Source: Trichodesmium erythraeum IMS101
GTDB taxonomy: Bacteria > Cyanobacteriota > Cyanobacteriia > Cyanobacteriales > Microcoleaceae
Direction of reading: 5' to 3'
Assembly (NCBI RefSeq): GCF_000014265.1
Contig: NC_008312.1
Coordinates: 2,936,607 to 3,000,606 of the forward strand
Length of the DNA stretch: 64,000 bases
Shown here: positions 10,501 to 20,429 of the stretch, piece by piece
Layout of the letters: each line of letters opens with the position of its first letter
Position numbering within the stretch: the stretch's first letter is position 1
Notes under the pieces: model-generated
Told to the model about the DNA's origin: nothing
What the model saw: the letters and a program-made list of their open reading frames with translations, nothing else
The model's database searches: none
Program-made: the position numbers and the translations under genes

Positions 10501-13500
10501 GCAACGGCAGCTACTCTTGGGCAGTTCCCACATCCCTAACCAGTGGCAGCGACTATCAAGTAAAAATTACTAGCGTCAGCGACAGTAGTATTTCTGACTT
10601 GAGTAACAGCAACTTCACTATTAAGCCAGAAGACTTCATCACAGTTAGTTCCCCCGACGGTGGCAATACCTTAGAACTTGGAAAAACCTATACGATAAAT
10701 TGGAGCGATAATATAGATGAAAATGTCAAGCTAGAATTGTACAAAGCAGGTTCTTTCTTCGGTACCATCTCCAGTTCCACCGCAAGCAACGGCAGCTACT
10801 CTTGGGCAGTTCCCACATCCGTGACCAGTGGCAGCGACTATCAAGTAAAAATTACCAGCATCAGCGACAGTAGTATTTCTGACTTGAGTAACAGCAACTT
10901 TACTATTAAGCCAGAAGACTTCATCACAGTTAGTTCCCCCGACGGTGGCAATACCTTAGAACCTGGAAAAACCTATACGATAAATTGGAGCGATAATATA
11001 GATGAAAATGTCAAACTAGAATTGTACAAGGCAGGTTCTTTCTTCGGTAATATCTCCAGTTCCACCGCAAGCAACGGCAGCTACTCTTGGGCAGTTCCCA
11101 CATCCCTAAGCACTGGTAACGACTATCAAGTAAAAATTACCAGCATCAGCGACAGTAGTCTTTCCGACTTCAGTAACAGCAATTTTACTATTAAGCCAGA
11201 AGACTTCATCACAGTTAGTTCCCCCGACGGTGGCAATACCTTAGAACCTGGAAAAACCTATACGATAAATTGGAGGGATAATATAGATGAAAATGTCAAA
11301 CTAGAGTTGTACAAAGCAGGTTCTTTCTTCGGTAATATCTCCAGTTCCACCGCAAGCAACGGCAGTTACTCTTGGGCAGTTCCCACATCCCTAACCAGTG
11401 GCAGCGACTATCAAGTAAAAATTACCAGCATCAGCGACAGTAGTCTTTCCGACTTGAGTAACAGCAATTTTACTATTAAGCCAGAAGACTTCATCACAGT
11501 TAGTTCCCCCGACGGAGGCAATACTTTAAAACGAGGAAAAAACTATAGGATAACTTGGAGGGATAATATAGATGAAAATGTCAAGGTAGAGTTGTACAAA
11601 GCAGGTTTTTTATTCGGCACCATCTCCAGTTCCACGGAAAGCGACGGCAGTTACTCTTGGGCAGTTCCCACATCCCTAAGCACTGGTAACGACTATCAGG
11701 TAAAAGTTACCAGCATCAGCGACGGTAGTCTTTCCGACTTCAGTAACAGCAATTTTACTATTAAACCAGAAGACTTAGCTAAAATTTCCATCGGAGACAC
11801 GAAAATTACTGAAGGCAATACAAATAAAGCGGCTAAATTCAAGGTCACCCTAGACAACCCCACGACGGAAACAGTTAAAGTCAACTACACCACAGCCAAC
11901 CAAACCGCCAAAGTCAACCAAGACTACAAACTGACCAAAGGCACCCTCACCTTCCGACCTGGAGAAACGAACAAGACTATAACAGTTCCGATATTGGGAG
12001 ATAAGCGGGATGAAGCGGAGGAAAAATTTAATCTCAACCTCAGCCGCCCCCGAAATGCAAAACTTAAAGATGCCCAAGCCATCGGAACTATTGTTGATAA
12101 CGACCAACCTCCGCAAATATCTATTGGGGATGCGAAGGTGACTGAGGGAAATAAGGGTAAGAAAAATATGGAGTTTGAAGTGAAGTTAAACGACCCCAGC
12201 GGTAAAACGGTGAAGGTGAGTTATGGAACTGTTGAGGGCAGCGCGAAGTCTGGAAAAGATTATCAAAAAACAAGTGGGGTACTGACGTTCAAGCCTGGGC
12301 AGAGGAAAAAGATTTTGAATGTTCCCATATTGGGAGATACTCGCGATGAGAAGAATGAGAATTTTCAGGTCAAACTCAGCGGTGCGAAAAATGCTAAGTT
12401 GTCAGATAAAAATGCAGTGGGTGTTATTCGGGATAATGATGAAACGGTTCCGCAAATATCTATTGGGGATGCGAAGGTGACTGAGGGAAATAAGGGTAAG
12501 AAAAATATGGAGTTTGAGGTGGAGTTGAATAAGGGGAGTAGTAAAACAGTGAAGGTGAGTTATGGAACTGTTGACGGCAGCGCGAAGTCTGGAAAAGATT
12601 ATCAAAAGACAAGTGGGGTACTGACGTTCAAGCCTGGGCAGAGGAAAAAGATTTTGAATGTTCCGATATTGGGAGATACTCGCGAGGAGAAGAATGAGAA
12701 TTTTCAGGTCAAACTCAGCGGTGCGAAAAATGCTAAGTTGTCAGATAAAAATGCAGTGGGTGTTATTCGGGATAATGATGAAACGGTTCCGCAAATATCT
12801 ATTGGGGATGCGAAAGTGACTGAGGGAAATAAGGGTAAGAAAAATATGGAGTTTGAGGTGGAGTTGAATAAGGGGAGTAGTAAAACAGTGAAGGTGAGTT
12901 ATGGAACTGTTGAGGGCAGCGCGAAGTCTGGAAAAGATTATCAAAAAACAAGTGGGGTACTGACATTCAAGCCTGGGCAGAGGAAAAAGATTTTGAATGT
13001 TCCGATATTGGGAGATACTCGCGATGAGAAGAATGAGCAGTTTCAGGTCAAACTCAGCGGTGCGAAAAATGCTAAGTTGTCAGATAAAAATGCAGTGGGT
13101 GTTATTCGGGATAATGATGAAACGGTTCCGCAAATATCTATTGGGGATGCGAAGGTGACTGAGGGAAATAAGGGTAAGAAAAATATGGAGTTTGAGGTGG
13201 AGTTGAATAAGGGGAGTAGTAAAACAGTGAAGGTGAGTTATGGAACTGTTGACGGCAGCGCGAAGTCTGGAAAAGATTATCAAAAAACAAGTGGGGTACT
13301 GACATTCAAGCCTGGGCAGAGGAAAAAGATTTTGAATGTTCCGATATTGGGAGATACTCGCGATGAGAAGAATGAGAATTTTCAGGTCAAACTCAGCGGT
13401 GCGAAAAATGCTAAGTTGTCAGATAAAAATGCAGTGGGTGTTATTCGGGATAATGATGAAATAATTGGAAAAACTCCCCAAATATCTATCAAGGATACAA

Positions 13501-14165
13501 AAATTACGGAAGGAAAGAAAGGTGAGAAAGATATGAAATTTGAAGTCAAGTTAGACAAAAGTAGTAGTCAAATAGTGAGAGTTAATTATGAGACTGTTGA
13601 CGGCAGCGCGAAAGCAGGAAAAGATTATGAGAAGAAAAAGGGAGTCTTAAAATTCCAACCGGGAGAGACGAAAAAGACTGTAAATATTTCTATTTTGGGA
13701 GATACTGTTGATGAAAAGAATGAGAATTTTCGAATCAAACTTAGCGGTGCGAAAAATGCTAATTTGTCAGATAAAAATGCAATAGGTATGATTCGAAATA
13801 ACCAGGTGCCAGAGAGTTTCAAAGATGCTGTAGATTTAGGAATTCTTTCTTCAGAACAAACTGTAGTGGTTGATGATATTGGGTTTGCAACTGGACCTGT
13901 AAATCGTAATACGGAAGATTATTTCTGTTTTAAGGTAGAAAAAGAAGGTTTAGTGAGTATTTTTGTGGATGGTTTTATTCAGGATCTAGGAATTAAATTG
14001 TATGGTGATGATGAGAGTTTACTTAACCAGTCAAACGAGAAAGGTAATACAACTAAAGAAAAGATTAATACTATTTTAGATCCTGGTGTTTATTATTTAA
14101 AAGTTTTCCCATTGGGAGTGGCTGCAACTGAATATAAGTTAAGGGTTAATATTGTTGATTCGTAA
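7581..14165 (+). CDS. Giant repetitive extracellular/adhesin-like protein (2194 aa): N-terminal acidic domain, 7 FG-GAP repeats (beta-propeller), 9 Kre9/KNH-like Ser/Thr-rich 95-aa modules, 6 Calx-beta domains, C-terminal PPC (pre-peptidase C-terminal) domain
   Basis: FG-GAP: seven copies of VAVEDFNGDGIPDLAVAN...GKGDGTFG (Ca-binding DxNxDGxxD). Kre9-like: nine copies of ITVSSPDGGNTLELGKTYTINWSDNIDENVKLELYKAGSFFGTISSSTASNGSYSWAVPTSLTSGSDYQVKITS with a 285-bp DNA period. Calx-beta: six copies of a 113-aa unit (PQISIGDAKVTEGN...VKVSYGTVEGSAKSGKDYQKTSGVLTFKPGQ...ILGDTRDE...VIRDNDE) with a 339-bp period. C-terminal YFCFKVEKEGLVSIFVDG...LKLYGDD...GVYYLKVFP is PPC-like. No N-terminal signal peptide is recognisable. 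Confidence 0.85.
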   Translation: MAEFSKDDNSYYPGEPDPLFPETNYHPGTDLDPEIADPIIQCAWGEVRDQLADFILAPELEAHMEMAFGETVDSDMAKNEIQDILTGENLPDIQVLPAADMDPVVGGFDSLTGTIYLADSLWLDTCGAEDGVLEDVLLEELGHFLDSQLSESDSPGDEGELWAGLVKGEELTESEVLRLRAQDDRVEIWVWGILVEVEATQEVYFERVGDFPVGDEPKSVAVEDFNGDGIPDLAVANYSSDNVSVLSGKGDGTFGSPTNFLVGDSPSSVAVEDFNGDGIPDLAVANYSSDNVSVLPGKGDGSFGSTTNFPVGSLPRSVTVEDFNGDGISDLAVANSFSDNVSVLSGKGDGTFGSTTNFRVGNSPKSVTVEDFNGDGISDLAVANTYSDNVSVLLGKGDGTFGSTTNFPVGDDPLSVAVEDFNGDGIPDLAVANYSSYNLLVLFGKGDGSFGLPTNFQVGDGPYSVAARDFNADGIPDLAVANYWDENVSVLFGKGDGSFGSAINFQVGDGPYSVAVEDFNADGIPDLAVANYWDDNVSILINTPINITISPLSTTSLEPGKSYTLEWTDNFRDEVKLELYKDNFLQATISSSTPSDGSFSWTVPTSLTSGSNYNIKMTKVNDSSIYDYSNNFTIEPNKEVNITFPSNFTSLQTGQSYDIQWTDNIDENVKLELYKGGSFNSTISSSTESDGSYSWAVPTSVTTGSDYQVKITSISDSSLSDFSNSNFTIKPEDFITVSSPDGGNTLELGKTYRINWSDNIDENVKLELYKAGSFFGTISSSTASNGSYSWAVPTSLTSGSDYQVKITSVSDSSISDLSNSNFTIKPEDFITVSSPDGGNTLEPGKTYTINWSDNIDENVKLELYKAGSFFGTISSSTASNGSYSWAVPTSLSTGSDYQVKITSISDSSISDLSNSNFTIKPEDFITVSSPDGGNTLELGKTYTINWSDNIDENVKLELYKAGSFFGTISSSTASNGSYSWAVPTSLTSGSDYQVKITSVSDSSISDLSNSNFTIKPEDFITVSSPDGGNTLELGKTYTINWSDNIDENVKLELYKAGSFFGTISSSTASNGSYSWAVPTSVTSGSDYQVKITSISDSSISDLSNSNFTIKPEDFITVSSPDGGNTLEPGKTYTINWSDNIDENVKLELYKAGSFFGNISSSTASNGSYSWAVPTSLSTGNDYQVKITSISDSSLSDFSNSNFTIKPEDFITVSSPDGGNTLEPGKTYTINWRDNIDENVKLELYKAGSFFGNISSSTASNGSYSWAVPTSLTSGSDYQVKITSISDSSLSDLSNSNFTIKPEDFITVSSPDGGNTLKRGKNYRITWRDNIDENVKVELYKAGFLFGTISSSTESDGSYSWAVPTSLSTGNDYQVKVTSISDGSLSDFSNSNFTIKPEDLAKISIGDTKITEGNTNKAAKFKVTLDNPTTETVKVNYTTANQTAKVNQDYKLTKGTLTFRPGETNKTITVPILGDKRDEAEEKFNLNLSRPRNAKLKDAQAIGTIVDNDQPPQISIGDAKVTEGNKGKKNMEFEVKLNDPSGKTVKVSYGTVEGSAKSGKDYQKTSGVLTFKPGQRKKILNVPILGDTRDEKNENFQVKLSGAKNAKLSDKNAVGVIRDNDETVPQISIGDAKVTEGNKGKKNMEFEVELNKGSSKTVKVSYGTVDGSAKSGKDYQKTSGVLTFKPGQRKKILNVPILGDTREEKNENFQVKLSGAKNAKLSDKNAVGVIRDNDETVPQISIGDAKVTEGNKGKKNMEFEVELNKGSSKTVKVSYGTVEGSAKSGKDYQKTSGVLTFKPGQRKKILNVPILGDTRDEKNEQFQVKLSGAKNAKLSDKNAVGVIRDNDETVPQISIGDAKVTEGNKGKKNMEFEVELNKGSSKTVKVSYGTVDGSAKSGKDYQKTSGVLTFKPGQRKKILNVPILGDTRDEKNENFQVKLSGAKNAKLSDKNAVGVIRDNDEIIGKTPQISIKDTKITEGKKGEKDMKFEVKLDKSSSQIVRVNYETVDGSAKAGKDYEKKKGVLKFQPGETKKTVNISILGDTVDEKNENFRIKLSGAKNANLSDKNAIGMIRNNQVPESFKDAVDLGILSSEQTVVVDDIGFATGPVNRNTEDYFCFKVEKEGLVSIFVDGFIQDLGIKLYGDDESLLNQSNEKGNTTKEKINTILDPGVYYLKVFPLGVAATEYKLRVNIVDS

Positions 14166-14289
14166 TCAAATTTTTCAGTCATTAATTATCAGTAAATATT
14201 CTAATTGGATATCTCCAAAATCAGAGTTAATATTGATGTTAATATTATCGAAAAATTTGTTTAAAGCTATATAATAATGACTTAAATTT

Positions 14290-16200
14290 GAGAATATTTA
14301 ATAACCACCCGAAAGAAATAAAAATATTTATTGGTTTTACTGAGCCGGCTGTTTCAAAAATTCAGATAAGGTCTTCAAGTTTTAGCCGAAAATACAAAAT
14401 GGAAATAGCTGAAGGAGAAAAATGATTAATTACAGCAAAAGGCGATAGAAAAAAAATTAAAATTCGAGTGACTCAGGCATTAGAATATCTCAATAACTAT
14501 CCGAAAGAAATAAAAATATTTATTGGTTTTACTGAGCCGGCTGTTTCAAAAATTCAGATAAGGTCTTCAAGTTTTAGCCGAAAATACAAAATGGAAATAG
14601 CTGAAGGAGAAAAATGATTAATTACAGCAAAAGGCGATAGAAAAAAAATTAAAATTCGAGTGACTCAGGCATTAGAATATCTCAATAACTATCCGAAAGA
14701 AATAAAAATATTTATTAGTGTTACTGAGCCGGCTGTTTCAAAAATTCAGATAAAGTCTTCAAGTTTTAGCCGAAAATACAAAATGGAAATAGCTGAAGGA
14801 GAAAAATGATTAATTACAGCAAAAGGCGATAGAAAAAAAATTAAAATTCGAGTGACTCAGGCATTAGAATATCTCAATAACTATCCGAAAGAAATAAAAA
14901 TATTTATTAGTGTTACTGAGCCGGCTGTTTCAAAAATTCAGATAAGGTCTTCAAGTTTTAGCCGAAAATACAAAATGGAAATAGCTGAAGGAGAAAAATG
15001 ATTAATTACAGCAAAAGGCGATAGAAAAAAAATTAAAATTCGAGTGACTCAGGCATTAAAATATCTCAATAACTATCCGAAAGAAATAAAAATATTTATT
15101 AGTGTTACTGAGCCGGCTGTTTCAAAAATTCAGATAAAGTCTTCAAGTTTTAGCCGAAAATACAAAATGGAAATAGCTGAAGGAGAAAAATGATTAATTA
15201 CAGCAAAAGGCGATAGAAAAAAAATTAAAATTCGAGTGACTCAGGCATTAGAATATCTCAATAACTATCCGAAAGAAATAAAAATATTTATTAGTGTTAC
15301 TGAGCCGGCTGTTTCAAAAATTCAGATAAAGTCTTCAAGTTTTAGCCGAAAATACAAAATGGAAATAGCTGAAGGAGAAAAATGATTAATTACAGCAAAA
15401 GGCGATAGAAAAAAAATTAAAATTCGAGTGACTCAGGCATTAGAATATCTCAATAACTATCCGAAAGAAATAAAAATATTTATTAGTGTTACTGAGCCGG
15501 CTGTTTCAAAAATTCAGATAAAGTCTTCAAGTTTTAGCCGAAAATACAAAATGGAAATAGCTGAAGGAGAAAAATGATTAATTACAGCAAAAGGCGATAG
15601 AAAAAAAATTAAAATTCGAGTGACTCAGGCATTAAAATATCTCAATAACTATCCGAAAAAAATAAAAATATTTATTAGTGTTACTGAGCCGGCTGTTTCA
15701 AAAATTCAGATAAAGTCTTCAAGTTTTAGCCGAAAATACAAAATGGAAATAGCTGAAGGAGAAAAATGATTAATTACAGCAAAAGGCGATAGAAAAAAAA
15801 TTAAAATTCGAGTGACTCAGGCATTAAAATATCTCAATAACTATCCGAAAGAAATAAAAATATTTATTGGTGTTACTGAGCCGGCTGTTTCAAAAATTCA
15901 GATAAAGTCTTCAAGTTTTAGCCGAAAATACAAAATGGAAATAGCTGAAGGAGAAAAATGATTAATTACAGCAAAAGGCGATAGAAAAAAAATTAAAATT
16001 CGAGTGACTCAGGCATTAGAATATCTCAATAACTATCCGAAAGAAATAAAAATATTTATTGGTTTTACTGAGCCGGCTGTTTCAAAAATTCAGATAAAGT
16101 CTTCAAGTTTTAGCCGAAAATACAAAATGGAAATAGCTGAAGGAGAAAAATGATTAATTACAGCAAAAGGCGATAGAAAAAAAATTAAAATCCGAGTCGG
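14290..16200. repeat. Tandem array of about 10 copies of a 190-bp unit
   Basis: The unit ccgaaagaaataaaaatatttatt(g/a)gt(t/g)ttactgagccggctgtttcaaaaattcagataa(g/a)gtcttcaagttttagccgaaaatacaaaatggaaatagctgaaggagaaaaatgattaattacagcaaaaggcgatag... restarts at 14309, 14501, 14690, 14880 and so on. Confidence 0.9.
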
Positions 16201-18350
16201 AAATAATATTAAATTTATACTATTTAGGTTATATTTTGACGTTCATTTACTCATTTTTTTGGGAAATTTTGGCAAATATAATTTACTAATATCTACGCCA
16301 TAAATGCGTGCTTTTATATTTTTTTTGCTCCTATTAATAATGATATTTTATATATTATTAGTATTTTTATTTTATCTATCATTTTTTATCAAATTTTTCA
16401 ATAATTTTTTGATTAAAAACTAACAACAAAAAACAGTAAATTAATTTTTTTGTGTGTAGCGATCGCTATAATATAGCACCATATAAATACTAATATATAC
16501 GCCATAAATATGTGATTTTATATTTTTTTGCTCCTATAAATAATTTAGTTTATATATATAAAATTTATTTTTTTTGATGTTATTTTTTAGTAAATTAGCC
16601 AATAAATTTTTGAGTAAAAACTAACAGAAATAAACAGATAATTATTTTTTTCCTGTGGAGCGATCGCTATTAATAGTATTATATCAGTGTTTCTACTTAC
16701 TCCTTAAATGTGTGATGCTGCATTTGTTTTTGCTGCTATAAATTTTGATATTGATATTATATATATAACTATAGTCTAACTGACTTGCAGTTTAGTGCAA
16801 ATCTCTATTTGTTAGATAAAGAGGAGTTGGTGAAGGCTAAACCTTCACCAACTCCCCTCCTATTTTAGGTTTATTATTGATAAAAAAAATACTTTAAATA
16901 CTCTTGAAAATATGACAAAAAAGGGTTAAAAATCAAACAAAAAAAACAATAAAAATGAAATATTGGATAATTATTGAGGCTAAAAAAAGCAGAAATTAAT
17001 TATCGCAATATAGTTTAAATATTTAAAAAAAATTATATTTTATATCAGTCTATTAAACTGTAAAAATATCAGAATAATCAGCTTTTTTTTATCACAATTA
17101 AATCTACAAAATTGCCGAAAATACATACAAAATTTTTTAGGATTAAAACAATTTATTTTACCTATATTCTGATTTTTTTAGTCAATATTCTGATAAGAAA
17201 ATGCTTTTATTTCAATCATAAGTAGTATTAACTTTAGATATAAACTAGTGAAAAAATATCAATATATTAATAATAAGTGTAGTTTAGAAAAAAAGAACAT
17301 TATCTATATACTAAAACAATTAAGTTATCAATATCCAAGTAATATAACAGAACAACAAGGAGTAATTCGTCATATTTTAAGATTATTGAAAAAATTTAAC
17401 TAATTTTAGTAATAGATAGGAAATTACATAGTATCCATCTATCATGTTGGTTAAAAAATTATCCTCAAAAATATCTATACTTTCCATTTCTACAAAAAAA
17501 CGAAATTAAGGGTGCTAGTAAATATTGTAAACTCGAGAAATTAAAAGTAAAATTTGGCTAAAAAAATTATTATTAAATCAAAAAAAATAAAAAAATCAAG
17601 CAAGTCTTTCTATGCAATTTGTTGATATATAAAAAGCGCAAAATTAACCAGAAAAATATATCAAAACCTAGTAAATTATTAGTAATTTATTTTCGCTAGA
17701 TAAAATTAATAAAGTATATAGTCAAAAAATAGAAATCAAGGATATGTTTGAAAAAATGTAATAATTGAAATTACAATTTTGAATAAGCAAAAGCAAACAA
17801 AAAAAATGAAATAATTTTATTGTAGTTTTATTCAATAATAGGTAGAGAATTTAGTACATTACATTCTCATAAGCTACCCTATTATCGAAAAGGAATTAAA
17901 GCTATCTCAAAGATTAATACTCTGTAGAATCGTTTTCTTGTTTTTTTCTTGAATTATCAACTCTTTTTTATAATCTTTTTAAGAGCATTTAGAGTATTTT
18001 TTTTGAATAAATAATCAACTAAAATAGAGGGGAGTTTTTGAAAGCGAAGGGTTCACCAACTCCCCCTTATTAAAAATAAGCTTTCCATTGGACTTGAATT
18101 ACTATTCAGCTTAACCTGTAAATTCCTTGAGATATTTATTTTCCAGCTAGCTTGTCACCCCGTGATCATTTTTACTTAATGTATGGGTATGAAATGATTG
18201 TTATACTTTTTAGTTTAAGTCTTTACAAGCCAACAAGTCGAAAATAATCATTAAATTAAAAAAAACTACTAAAAAGTCGCTTTTCTAGGGCAAGGCTTCA
18301 AACCAAGTTTTTTGGTAATATATTATTGTTGATAAGCTAAAACTTAAGCA
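16200..18350. repeat. Extremely AT-rich non-coding island with internal about 200-bp duplications and two related GC-rich hairpins
   Basis: Segments 16289-16480 and 16489-16680 are diverged copies (ctaatat(c/a)tacgccataaat(g/a)(c/t)gtg...ttgctcctat(t/a)aataa...aaaaactaaca...gcgatcgctat). Hairpins are at 16823-16855 and 18029-18065. There is no ORF of 60 aa or more. Confidence 0.7.
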
Positions 18351-18353
18351 AAT

Positions 18354-19229
18354 ATGGCTCTAACAAAAACACAACTAATTGGTTTAAAAGCAAATCATTT
18401 TCGGCATCCCTTAGATCTAGAGGCAACAAATGCTTTGAAGCAACTTCCTGGTATAGACCTCTTAGTTAGACAGTTGTTAAGTCCATTAGGTGAGCAATTT
18501 TTCTATATGGAAAATATTGCTTCCAGTGTTCTCGTCAGTGAAGCACAACTGCCAAATTTACACAAAACACTATTAGACGCTTGTCAAGCACTTGACATAG
18601 AACCACCCCAATTATATATTCGTCAAAATCCTGTACCTAATGCTTATACATTTGCTATGCGAGGGAAGCAACCTTTTATTGTTGTTCATACATCTCTAAT
18701 AGAGTTGCTCAACTTAGAGGAGATCCAAGCAGTATTAGGTCATGAGCTAGGACATCTTAAATGTGAGCATGGAGTATATCTTACCCTAGGTAACTTAATT
18801 GTACTTGCTGCTGGACAAATTTCGACATGGGGTGGCATAATAGCCCAAAGCTTACAAAGCAAAATACTAGAATGGCTAAGATGTGCCGAATTTAGTTGTG
18901 ATCGCGCAGCCCTACTGGCCACACAAAATTCTCAAGTAGTTGTATCAGCTTTGATGAAGTTAGCTGGTGGTTCTCCAACAATATCACCTCAACTTAATGT
19001 AGATGCTTTTTTAGCTCAGGCAAGAGCTTATAATGAACTTAGTAATACAGAAGTTGGTGAAGTATTAAAGGAAGTCCAAACGGCTCAACTAACTCATCCT
19101 CTACCTGTATTGAGGGCCAAAGAAATTGATATGTGGGCAAGTAGCAAAAAATATCAGGATATATTGCAAAATTTAGCAAAAGATGTGTATAATAATCAAA
19201 GGATTAAGGGCGGGTGGCGAAATTGGTAG
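18354..19229 (+). CDS. M48-family zinc metallopeptidase (HtpX/Ste24-like)
   Basis: HEXXH zinc motif in IQAVLGHELGHLKCEHG with a downstream Glu; about 290 aa as for bacterial M48 peptidases. The stop codon TAG (19227-19229) lies inside the downstream tRNA-Leu. Confidence 0.8.
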   Translation: MALTKTQLIGLKANHFRHPLDLEATNALKQLPGIDLLVRQLLSPLGEQFFYMENIASSVLVSEAQLPNLHKTLLDACQALDIEPPQLYIRQNPVPNAYTFAMRGKQPFIVVHTSLIELLNLEEIQAVLGHELGHLKCEHGVYLTLGNLIVLAAGQISTWGGIIAQSLQSKILEWLRCAEFSCDRAALLATQNSQVVVSALMKLAGGSPTISPQLNVDAFLAQARAYNELSNTEVGEVLKEVQTAQLTHPLPVLRAKEIDMWASSKKYQDILQNLAKDVYNNQRIKGGWRNW

Positions 19230-19289
19230 ACGCACCACACTCAAAATGTGGCGACTTCGGTCGTGAGAGTTCGAGTCTCTCTCCGCCCA
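19208..19289 (+). tRNA. tRNA-Leu (anticodon CAA), type II with long variable arm
   Basis: Acceptor stem gggcggg/tccgccc with one G-U pair and discriminator A. D-arm is gcgaAATTGGTAGAcgc, anticodon stem ccaca/tgtgg with loop ctCAAaa, variable arm cgacttcggtcgt, T-arm gagagTTCGAGTctctc. Folded by hand. Confidence 0.85.
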
Positions 19290-20087
19290 TAACAGTTGAC
19301 TATATAGTTTTAGATTTCTAAGTAGGGTTCAGAATATGGCAAAATATATGAAAAGATTGGAGTATTTTAGTCAATAAAGGGGAAATATTAAAGTTAAGTC
19401 AGCAAATTATCTGCAAGATTAGCGCAAAATTTAAAATTAGGTTGAATAGTTAATAAAAAGGGAACAACAAATAAATAGTTCCTTTTTATTAATAGATTCG
19501 GTGGATTAACAACTTCTAAATAATCTCTAAATATTTATTTGCTTTTCCTATATATTTGACTAGTAATAATCTACAACTAGTGTTTTTTATTTAAATTCCT
19601 TATATTGAAAGGTTTTTACTGATAAAGATCACTATACCTATAGAATTACCCTTTGACTTTTTCTATTAGGACAAACAGTCTCTCTAACCTAATCAGTTCA
19701 TTGCTGTTACTCCTACTAATTATTAAGAATTTCTTCTAACTCAGTTTTTAAGTTTTCCCATGATTCTATTAAAAAATTAGATATTAGACTTTACTGATTA
19801 ATTTATGCCGAACCTTTCTACCAAGTAATTAACCTTTATCTATGATGACCAAGATTTCAGCAATTTTCCTTAAGCTTAAACCTAAATAACTAGGACTGTT
19901 AGAAAAACCCAGTCTATCAAGCACCGAATATTTAAACAAATGATAACTAATTTAGAAAGTTCTGCATTTAATGCAAGTCAACCATTATCATAATAGAGCA
20001 CTTAATAGAGCGGGAATATTCGTAAATTAAAAGGTCACTAATAGCAACTACTTGGGTAATTTTTCTAGACTATAAATTCTTTCTAAT

Positions 20088-20381
20088 CTAAGGAAGATGT
20101 TTTTTATTTATATTTAGAATTGGTAGTTGTGGACGAGACGAATTAGGAGGCAAATAATATTCTGGAACAGCACTAGATTGCTCAATATGAGAACCCTTGA
20201 GCAGATAGAGGCGTAATATAATGGCAACTCCTACAGTTCCCATTCCTAGAAAAAATAAAGACCAACTTGATTCGACACCTCCAATGACGGCATCAACTGC
20301 TCCCATTGTCACTACAAAGCTGACTACTGGATCTTTTCGATAAGCTGTTTTAAGAATTTTTAGCCATAAAGCATTGATCAT
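20088..20381 (-). CDS. Hypothetical small membrane protein (97 aa)
   Basis: Two predicted TM helices (VVSFVVTMGAVDAVIGGV; SLFFLGMGTVGVAIILRLYLL). No recognisable family; lies just outside the tnpB relic. Confidence 0.3.
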   Translation of the reverse strand: MINALWLKILKTAYRKDPVVSFVVTMGAVDAVIGGVESSWSLFFLGMGTVGVAIILRLYLLKGSHIEQSSAVPEYYLPPNSSRPQLPILNINKKHLP

Positions 20382-20429
20382 AAGCTTAATTTAGTACAAA
20401 ATAGATTTTCAGTATACTTATTTATTTGA

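Noticed and set aside
8438-13822. Minus-strand ORFs inside the giant gene (8438..8857, 11696..11884, 11850..12116, and the three identical 67-aa ORFs at 12402, 12741 and 13080; also 13625..13822)
   Set aside because: They are antisense to a strongly supported 2194-aa CDS. The three identical copies recur at exactly the 339-bp Calx-beta repeat period, so they are translation artifacts of the repeats.
18740-18922. Minus-strand 60-aa ORF
   Set aside because: Antisense within the M48 peptidase CDS.
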